From: Candidatus Dormiibacterota bacterium
GTDB taxonomy: Bacteria > Chloroflexota > Dormibacteria > Aeolococcales > Aeolococcaceae
DNA: 42,500 bases
Direction: 5' to 3'
Assembly (NCBI GenBank): GCA_035544475.1
Contig: DATKEY010000166.1
Location: forward strand, 1 to 42,500
The translations under genes were made by a program, and so were the position numbers. Each line of letters starts with the position of its first letter. Within the stretch, counting starts at the first letter, position 1. The notes beneath the pieces are model-generated. The model saw only the letters and a program-made list of their open reading frames with translations. It did not search any database and was not told the DNA's origin. Below are positions 27,969 to 34,554 of the stretch, in pieces.

Positions 27969-29572
27969 TCGCGGGCGACGTCGAGGGAGACGAAGCCGCA
28001 GCCGAGCAGGCGGTCGTGGAAGTCGCGCAGGCTGAACCGTGGCCGGGCGGCGAGCTGTTCGCGCCAGCGGAGGATCTCGAGCTTGCCGTAGGTGTAGACG
28101 AGGTACATGGGGTCGTGGGTCGCCCGCATCGCCTCGCGCTCGGCGGCGAGCCGGGGGATGTGCGCGCCCTCGGTGAAGAGCCGGGTGCCGTCCTCGACGC
28201 TCATCCCCTCGGTGTGGATCCCGAGCGTGCAGCGGAACCGGCAGGCGCGGAGCAGCGCATCCTGGAGCTGGGCGAGGTGGAGGAGGGGGCGTCCGTCGGC
28301 GAGCCCCTGCTCGACGGCGAGCTGTTCGGTGTAGTGGGCCCAGCCCTCGCCGACGGCGGGGAACCAGAAGGCGCGGCGGACGAGGGCGGCGCCGCCGCGC
28401 ATCCCGCACACGGCGTGGACGAAGTGCCCGGGGTAGACCTCGTGGACGGAGATGTTCTCGAGGCAGGCGAGGTTGAGGTGGCGCAGCCACTGGTCGGCCT
28501 GCTCGTCGCTCCACCCCGGCTGCACCGGGGTCACGAAGTAGTTGTGGGGGAGGCCTGGGGGATCGAGCGGCCCCGGGCTGTCGTAGGCGGCGGTGACCCA
28601 GGACATGAACGCCGGCGTCGCCCGCACCCGGCAGTGCACCTCGGGGTCGACCGTCACCACCCCGCTCGCGATCCAGAAGTCGCGCAGCCGGTCGAGCATC
28701 CCCGCGGTGGTGTCGAGGAGGCCCGCGGCGGTCGGGTGCTCGGCCTCGAGGGCCGCGAAGGCGGCGTCGACCCCGCCGCCGCCCACCTGGTCGGCGACCT
28801 CGGCGGTCGCAGCGGTCAGCCGGGCGAGCTCGGCGTCGGCCTGGCGGATCAGCGACGCCGCCGTCTCGCGGACGCCCTCCTGGGCCTCGAGCATCGCGCA
28901 GAACCGGGCCTCGCCGAGGACGTCGTCGTCGCGGCCGCGGCGGGTCTCGACGGCGCGCGCGAAGGCCTCGCAGGCGGCGGCGCCGGAGTCGATCGCGGCG
29001 TCGAGACGGCGGGCGAGGGCGATGTCACCGAGGTCTCCGAGCTCGTTGCGCACCTCGTCGCGGTAGAAGGACGCGTACCCGGTCGCCGCCTCGATCGCCT
29101 GGGCGCGTGGCCCCGAGGGGAGCTCGGCGTCGAGCATCCCCGCGGCCGCGTCGAGCCAGCCGGGGAGCTGCTCGAGGTGACGGCAGAGCGCCGTCGCCCG
29201 CTCGGCGAGCGGTGCGTAGTCGCGGGTGACATAGCCGAAGACGTCGGCGCCGCGCCAGAGCGCCCACTGGGGGTCGTGCCAGGGATCGCGGAGCTCGGTG
29301 AGCCGGAAGCGCTCGTCCGCGGCCAGCCGGCGGGCCATCCCGAGGTCGGCTCGCTCGCCGAGGTCGAGGTCGCTCGCGTCGATCCCCTCGAGGCCGGCGG
29401 CGAGGGCGTCCAGCTCGGACAGGCGCCCGGCCATCGCCGCCTCGCCGGTGTCGGCGAAGACCCCGTCGAAGCGGTGGTCGCCGCTCTGGCGTGCGGCCGC
29501 GGGGTTGGAGGCGAAGATCCCGGCGACGGTGCGGTCGGTGAGCGCGGCGAGGCGATCGTGGGTCTCGGACAT
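27947..29572 (-). CDS. DUF885 domain-containing protein (metallopeptidase-like HExxPGH motif)
   Basis: 541 aa with VHEVYPGHFVH and overall DUF885-like length and composition. Convergent 22-nt overlap with the thioesterase gene. Confidence 0.85.
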   Translation of the reverse strand: MSETHDRLAALTDRTVAGIFASNPAAARQSGDHRFDGVFADTGEAAMAGRLSELDALAAGLEGIDASDLDLGERADLGMARRLAADERFRLTELRDPWHDPQWALWRGADVFGYVTRDYAPLAERATALCRHLEQLPGWLDAAAGMLDAELPSGPRAQAIEAATGYASFYRDEVRNELGDLGDIALARRLDAAIDSGAAACEAFARAVETRRGRDDDVLGEARFCAMLEAQEGVRETAASLIRQADAELARLTAATAEVADQVGGGGVDAAFAALEAEHPTAAGLLDTTAGMLDRLRDFWIASGVVTVDPEVHCRVRATPAFMSWVTAAYDSPGPLDPPGLPHNYFVTPVQPGWSDEQADQWLRHLNLACLENISVHEVYPGHFVHAVCGMRGGAALVRRAFWFPAVGEGWAHYTEQLAVEQGLADGRPLLHLAQLQDALLRACRFRCTLGIHTEGMSVEDGTRLFTEGAHIPRLAAEREAMRATHDPMYLVYTYGKLEILRWREQLAARPRFSLRDFHDRLLGCGFVSLDVARDYLLATA

Positions 29573-29628
29573 GCCGGGCGGGGAAGTCTACGCGGTCGAC
29601 CGGGGGGCGACGGCTAGACTGGCCGGTC

Positions 29629-30282
29629 GTGGACGCACAGCTGCGCGCCCAGCTCGCCGCGATCGTCGGCCCCCGGGGCGTCGACGCCCGGCTCGAGGCC
29701 GTCAGCCCGAGGAGCACCGCCGAGGTGGCCGCGGTCTGCAGGGCCTGCGCCGGCCTCGGCACCCCGATCAGCGCGGTGAGCGGAGCCGTCACCGACCCCG
29801 CGCCGGGGGGACGGGCGATCAGTGTCTCCCTCGGCCGGCTCGACGACGTCCTGGTCGACGAAGGGGCGATGGTCGTCCGCGCCGGCGCCGGGGCGACCCT
29901 CGACTCACTGCGGGCGGCCGTCGACGCCGCCCGGATGGCCCTCGTCGGCATCCCCGGCGGTCCCACCTCCACCCACGCGGGCAGCCTCGTCGCCCGCGGT
30001 GGCGTAACGCGCCGCGCGCTCACCGGCATCGAGGCGGTGCTCCCCGACGGCCAGGTGGTGCGTGCCGGCGGCCGTGTGCTCAAGGACGTGACCGGCTACG
30101 ACCTCGCCGGGATGCTCATCGGGAGCATGGGGCGGCTGGCGCTCATCACCGAGGTGGTCTTCCGGCTCGAGCCGGTCGATGCCCGGGGCGCCGCCCCCGA
30201 TCCACCCGCCGCGGCCGGCGCGGTCAGCGAGCTGCTCCGGCACGCCTTCGATCCCGACGGCCTGCTGGTGGCCGCCCGATAG
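29629..30282 (+). CDS. FAD-binding (FAD_binding_4 / GlcE-like) protein, short form
   Basis: 217 aa. PRSTAEVAAVCRACAGLGTPISAVSG...LKDVTGYDLAGMLIGSMGRLALITEVVFRL is typical of FAD-linked oxidase N-terminal domains. No C-terminal substrate domain. Confidence 0.7.
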   Translation: MDAQLRAQLAAIVGPRGVDARLEAVSPRSTAEVAAVCRACAGLGTPISAVSGAVTDPAPGGRAISVSLGRLDDVLVDEGAMVVRAGAGATLDSLRAAVDAARMALVGIPGGPTSTHAGSLVARGGVTRRALTGIEAVLPDGQVVRAGGRVLKDVTGYDLAGMLIGSMGRLALITEVVFRLEPVDARGAAPDPPAAAGAVSELLRHAFDPDGLLVAAR

Positions 30283-30290
30283 CCGGGTCG

Positions 30291-31712
30291 ATGCGGCTTC
30301 GCGAGCGCGCCTCCGCCTTCTGGCGGGAGTACACACGCATGCGCACCGCCATCCTCTTCCTCATCGGCATCGCGCTCATCGTGCTCGTCGGGTCGTTCGT
30401 CCCCCAACAGGAGACCTCGCAGCAGGGCAAGGTCGACGAGTTCCTCGCGGCCCACCAGCACCTCGACGGCCTGGCGACCCATCTCGGGCTGCCGCTCACC
30501 CAGGTGTTCGTCTCGCCGCTCTTCTACGTGCTCCTCGCCAGCCTCTACATCGCGCTCGCCTCGTGCGTGCTGCGCCGCGGGACGGCGCTCGTGCGGCGGA
30601 CGCTGCGCCGCCATCCGCGCACCCCGCAATACTGGGGGGAGTGGGGCTCGTGGCTCTTCCACACCTCCTTCTTCCTCCTCCTCATCGCCGTCGTCTGGGG
30701 CAAGGCCACCGGCTTCGAGGGCATCGCCACCGTCACGGAGGGCGAGCGCGTCACCGAGGCGCGCACCGGCTTCGACACCCTGCGCGAGGGCTTCCTCTTC
30801 GACGGCCACCACGCCGGCTACCAGGTGCAGCTCAACCGCTTTCACGCCGGCTATGCGGCGAGCGGAGCGCCGACCGACTTCGTCAGCAACGTCACCGTCT
30901 ACGACCGGGGGCGGGCGGTCGAGACCCGCGACATCCGGGTCAACGACTTCCTCGGCTACCGCGACGTCGACTTCTACCAGCAGGACTACGGCTGGGCGCC
31001 GCGGCTGGTCGTCACCAACCCCGCGGGCCGGACCGTCTACGACGGCACCGTCGAGCTCTTCGGCAACGAGAAGAGCGCCCAGACCGGGGTCCTCAAGGTC
31101 CCCGACTTCACCTACCGGCTCCCCGGCGCGTCGAAGGGGGTCCAGCTCGGCGCCAAGCTCGTCGTCTTCCCCGACGCCCGCGCGCGCCAGCAGCTCGGCA
31201 CCGGGACGCAGTACGCCCCCGGAGGACAGGAGGCGCGCAATCCGGTGCTCCTCGTCCAGCTCTTCGTCGGCGACCTCGGCCTCGACTCCGGGAGACCCCA
31301 GGACGTCACCCAGCTCGACACCCGGGCGATGTCGCCCTACTTCCAGGACGGTCGGAGCCTGCCGGTGCCGCTCACCGGGTCGCTGCGCCTCCCCCTCGTC
31401 GGGACCGACTGCACCGCCCCCGGTGCCGCCTGCCTCACCCTCTCCTTCCCCGAGCTGCGCCAGTACTCCCTCTTCCACGTGAAGAAGGACAACGGCGTGC
31501 CGCTCGTCTACGCCTCGTTCGTGATGGTGATGGTGGGGCTGCTCACCAAGCTCTACCTGCGCCCGCTCCTCGAGTCGCGCCGCCGCCGCCGCAGGGCGCC
31601 GGCGGACGCGGTGGCGGAGACGGAGGCGCCGCCGGTCTCGGACTACGCGTTGCTCGCGTCGGCGGCGGTGGAGCCGTCCGCGGACGCCCCGGTCTCCTCG
31701 GGCGGGAGATAG
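30291..31712 (+). CDS. resB: Cytochrome c biogenesis protein ResB/Ccs1
   Basis: MRLRERASAFWREYTRMRTAILFLIGIALIVLVGSFVPQQ..., a large extracytoplasmic domain, and a C-terminal TM (VPLVYASFVMVMVGLLTKLY). Confidence 0.88.
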   Translation: MRLRERASAFWREYTRMRTAILFLIGIALIVLVGSFVPQQETSQQGKVDEFLAAHQHLDGLATHLGLPLTQVFVSPLFYVLLASLYIALASCVLRRGTALVRRTLRRHPRTPQYWGEWGSWLFHTSFFLLLIAVVWGKATGFEGIATVTEGERVTEARTGFDTLREGFLFDGHHAGYQVQLNRFHAGYAASGAPTDFVSNVTVYDRGRAVETRDIRVNDFLGYRDVDFYQQDYGWAPRLVVTNPAGRTVYDGTVELFGNEKSAQTGVLKVPDFTYRLPGASKGVQLGAKLVVFPDARARQQLGTGTQYAPGGQEARNPVLLVQLFVGDLGLDSGRPQDVTQLDTRAMSPYFQDGRSLPVPLTGSLRLPLVGTDCTAPGAACLTLSFPELRQYSLFHVKKDNGVPLVYASFVMVMVGLLTKLYLRPLLESRRRRRRAPADAVAETEAPPVSDYALLASAAVEPSADAPVSSGGR

Positions 31713-32296
31713 CGCTTCCCGAGCAGCCGCTCGCCCTCGTAGTCGAGCTCGAGCATCCCGCCCTTGGCGCACTGGAGGCGGTGGAGCGCCCAGGGCCCGC
31801 GGCGGTCGGCCTCGACCCAGAGCGCCTGGATCGGGTCGCCGTGGCTGACGCAGATCCCGCCCTGACCGGGGTGGTCGCGTACCAGCCGGAGCAGCGGCGC
31901 GCGCACCCGGCGCGCCATCTCGGCGACGGACTCGTCGTTGGGGAGGACGCCGGGCCAGAGCATGTGCACCGCCCAGAGCGGCTTGCGCCAGATGATGTTG
32001 GCGTTGGCACGAACTCCCTGGAGGTAGCGCCCGAAGCGGGCCTCGGTGAGCTCGGGGGTGACGGTGACCGGGACGTTGTCGAGGTGGGAGGCGATGATCC
32101 GGGCGGTCTGCTGGGCCCGCTCGAGGGGGCTCGTGTAGATCTGCCGGACCGGCGTCGAGGCGAGCCGCTCCCCGAGGGCGTGGGCCTGGCGGACCCCCTT
32201 CTCGCTGAGCCGGAAGCCCTCGAGGTGCCCGTAGAGGATCCTGCCGGGGTTCTCGACGTCGCAGTGCCGGACCAGGTACACGCGGGTGGCGGTCAT
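31643..32296 (-). CDS. Histidine phosphatase family protein (phosphoglycerate mutase-like)
   Basis: RHxD-type N-terminal motif (VYLVRHCDVEN), SPLERAQQTA, and VSHGDPI. Confidence 0.88.
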   Translation of the reverse strand: MTATRVYLVRHCDVENPGRILYGHLEGFRLSEKGVRQAHALGERLASTPVRQIYTSPLERAQQTARIIASHLDNVPVTVTPELTEARFGRYLQGVRANANIIWRKPLWAVHMLWPGVLPNDESVAEMARRVRAPLLRLVRDHPGQGGICVSHGDPIQALWVEADRRGPWALHRLQCAKGGMLELDYEGERLLGKRYLPPEETGASADGSTAADASNA

Positions 32297-32381
32297 GCCC
32301 CGATCTTCTCACGGGCCCGCCTGACGGCCGCCCGGGGCGCGTCCCCCCAGCGCCCGAAGCCGGGGGGAGCACCCCTCGGAG

Positions 32382-32424
32382 TTAAAAAAGAAGGGGCCGG
32401 CACGGAATCCGCCACCGGCCCCCG
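32382..32424 (-). terminator. Rho-independent terminator (minus strand)
   Basis: On the minus strand: GGGGCCGG (32422-32415), a 14-nt loop, CCGGCCCC (32400-32393), then UUCUUUUUUAA (32392-32382). Confidence 0.85.
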
Positions 32425-32618
32425 CAACTGGGGAGAGAAACGCAATCTCGGTCGCGCCGCTCGCGGCGCTGGGACGATGGTACCCCGAACCACCTGCTCA
32501 AGGGAACTAGCAGCTTCGATCGCGTCGCTCGTTGCGGTCGACGTAGCATCCGACCGGACGGTCGGCGAACGCGAGTTCCCGCCGTTTGTGGTCTTTACCC
32601 CTTTCGTGGTTTTCGAGG
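32425..32618 (-). ncRNA. Candidate structured non-coding RNA, 3'UTR element or attenuator leader (family not recognised)
   Basis: About 190 nt with visibly lower GC and no ORF showing the window's GC3 bias. It lies between a CDS stop (32619) and a strong terminator. Local hairpins and long-range complementarities: 32618-32606 with 32493-32483, and 32580-32574 with 32508-32502. Confidence 0.35.
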
Positions 32619-32882
32619 TCAGCCGGCGCCCATGGCGACGTCGCAGACAGCGCAGCGCAGCGGGGAGTCGGGGTCGACCTGGTCCCTGCTGATCCACACC
32701 AGGCGGCCGTTGCCGACGAGGCGATACATCGGTTCGGTCGCGCCCGCGAGGGCGTGCTCGGTGCAGCGCGGCTCGCCGTCGAGACGGGCTCCGACGACCT
32801 CGACCGGGGACATCACCGGCTCGCGCCAGCGCCCGCCGATGCGTCCGGGGAGCTCGGGATCACGTCGAATCTGCTCGGGCAC
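32619..32882 (-). CDS. Small Cys-containing hypothetical protein (64-87 aa; start is GTG 32882 or ATG 32813)
   Basis: ORF 32619..32882(-). High GC3 from MSPVEVVGARLDGEPRCTEHA...PLRCAVCDVAMGAG. Sits directly downstream of the CoA-ligase gene. Confidence 0.5.
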   Translation of the reverse strand: MPEQIRRDPELPGRIGGRWREPVMSPVEVVGARLDGEPRCTEHALAGATEPMYRLVGNGRLVWISRDQVDPDSPLRCAVCDVAMGAG

Positions 32883-32895
32883 GGCGGAGGCTCCT

Positions 32896-34488
32896 CTAGC
32901 TCCGAAGCTTGAACCGCTGGATCTTCCCCGTCGCGGTCTTGGGGAGCTGCTCGCACAGGACCACGCGGTGCGGCCGCTTGAAGGCGGCCAGCCGGGAGCG
33001 GCAGAACTCGACGAGGTCGGCGGGATCGACCGACCGGCCGGGGACGAGGACGACGTAGGCGACCGGCCGCTGGATGCCGTCGGCGTCGGTCTCGGCGACG
33101 ACCGCGGCCTCGACGACGTCGTCGTGGGCGGCGAGCGTCGATTCGACCTCCGCGGGCGAGACCCAGATGCCGCCGACCTTGAGCATGTCGTCGGACCGCC
33201 CGCAATGGCGGTAGGTGCCGTCCTCGTTGTGGATGTACATGTCGCCGGTGCGCATCCACTCGCCGCAGAAGACGCGGCGCGTCACCGCCGTCCGGCACCA
33301 GTAGCCGGTGGCGATCGAGTCGCCATGCACCATCAGGTGGCCGGGCTCACCGGCCGCGACCCGATCTCCCGCGTCGTCGACGACCTTCACCTCGTAGCCG
33401 GGGACCGGGGTCCCCGACGTCCCGGGAACGACGGCGCCGGGGCGGTTGCTGACGAAGATGTGCAGGGCCTCGGTGCTCCCCAGGCCGTCGAGGATCTCCA
33501 CCCCGAAGCGGTCGCGGAAACGCGCGAGGACCGGTGCGGGCAGCCCCTCGCCGGCGGAGACCCCCTGGCGCACCGAGGCGAAGGTGTCCTCGGCGAGACC
33601 GGCGGCGAGCAGTCCCGCGTAGAAGGTCGGGGTCGCGAAGAAGAGGGTGGGCCGTTCCTCGCGCACCAGCGCCGCGACGGACGCGGGGGTCGGTGGCCCG
33701 GGCTCGAGCACGACGCTCGCGCCGACCGAGAAGGGGAAGCTCAGCGAGTTGCCGAGCCCGTACGCGAAGAACAGCTTGGCGATGCTGAAGCAGCGGTCGT
33801 CGGGGCGGATGCCGAGGACCTGGCGGCCGTAGGTCTCCGCGGTGAACGGGATGTCCGCGTGGCGGTGCATCGCCCCCTTCGGCTTGCCGGTCGTCCCGGA
33901 CGTGTAGAGCCAGAAGGCGGGGGCGTCGGCGTGCGTGTCCATCGCCGACCCGTCGGCGCCCGCACCGGCGGCGAGCCAGGAGCTCCAGGTGTGGACCCGG
34001 GTCCCCGCGACCGCCGGTCCCGGATCGTCCCCGGTGACGACGACCAGGTCGGCGAGCTCGGGGGCGGCGTCGGCCATCGCCCGGCCCGCCGCCGCGAACT
34101 GCTCGGAGACGACCGCGAGCCGGGCCCTCGAGTCGGCGGCGAGGAAGCCGAGATCGGCCGCGGTCGACATGGTGGAGAGCGGCACCGGCACCGCACCCAT
34201 GCGCATCGCCCCGCAGAAGGCGGCCACCAGCTCGGGCCCGTCCGCCATGACGAGCAGCACTCGCTCCTCGGGACGCACCTCGGAGACGCGCAGCGCTGCG
34301 GCGACCGAGGCCGCCAGCGCGGTCAGCTCCGCGTAGGTGTGGTCGCGGCCGCGGCAGCGCACCGCCACCCGGTCGCCGTCGCCCGCCTCGATCCGCCGGT
34401 CGAGCAGCCACCGGCACGCGTTGAGCCGCTCGGCCTGCGCTGTCGGGGTCGTGGCGCCCGTCGCTGCGCTCGCGGTGGTCATCCTCAC
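32896..34488 (-). CDS. Benzoate-CoA ligase family protein (AMP-forming acyl/aryl-CoA ligase)
   Basis: AMP-binding motifs WLYTSGTTGKPKGAMHRH, GYWCR, TGD and KxxRxxK-like KTATGKIQRFKLR. Overall similarity to benzoate/4-hydroxybenzoate-CoA ligases. SD GGAGAGGAG upstream. Confidence 0.9.
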   Translation of the reverse strand: MRMTTASAATGATTPTAQAERLNACRWLLDRRIEAGDGDRVAVRCRGRDHTYAELTALAASVAAALRVSEVRPEERVLLVMADGPELVAAFCGAMRMGAVPVPLSTMSTAADLGFLAADSRARLAVVSEQFAAAGRAMADAAPELADLVVVTGDDPGPAVAGTRVHTWSSWLAAGAGADGSAMDTHADAPAFWLYTSGTTGKPKGAMHRHADIPFTAETYGRQVLGIRPDDRCFSIAKLFFAYGLGNSLSFPFSVGASVVLEPGPPTPASVAALVREERPTLFFATPTFYAGLLAAGLAEDTFASVRQGVSAGEGLPAPVLARFRDRFGVEILDGLGSTEALHIFVSNRPGAVVPGTSGTPVPGYEVKVVDDAGDRVAAGEPGHLMVHGDSIATGYWCRTAVTRRVFCGEWMRTGDMYIHNEDGTYRHCGRSDDMLKVGGIWVSPAEVESTLAAHDDVVEAAVVAETDADGIQRPVAYVVLVPGRSVDPADLVEFCRSRLAAFKRPHRVVLCEQLPKTATGKIQRFKLRS

Positions 34489-34554
34489 TCCTCTCCGTTC
34501 GGGGAACGCGGCAACTCTACTCCCCGCCCCGGCGAGGTCATACTCAGACCACCG

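Noticed and set aside
31578-31592. (CGC)5 run encoding RRRRR in ResB, and a similar Arg-codon run at the BNR C-terminus (about 36856-36873).
   Set aside because: Short CGC/CGG runs encoding poly-Arg next to TM anchors are common in high-GC genomes and follow the positive-inside rule. They are not considered noteworthy beyond the tail-architecture finding.
32401-32500. Possible tRNA/tmRNA T-arm (GGUGGUUCGGGGUACC) and possible cobalamin-riboswitch-like string (GCCGGUGGCGGAUUCCGUGCCGG).
   Set aside because: The GGUUCG segment has no complementary T-stem or acceptor stem, and no tag ORF or CCA-proximal structure. The second string is simply the loop and stem of the intrinsic terminator and lacks the B12-box (GCCACUG) and other core elements.
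32382-32549. A 55-codon ORF on the minus strand (ATG 32549 ... TAA at about 32382: MLRRPQRATRSKLLVPLSRWFGVPSSQRRERRDRDCVSLPSCGGRWRIPCRPLLF) inside the non-coding stretch.
   Set aside because: Third codon positions are A/T-rich, unlike every confident gene in the window. The sequence is Arg-rich low complexity, has no SD, and runs through the terminator hairpin.
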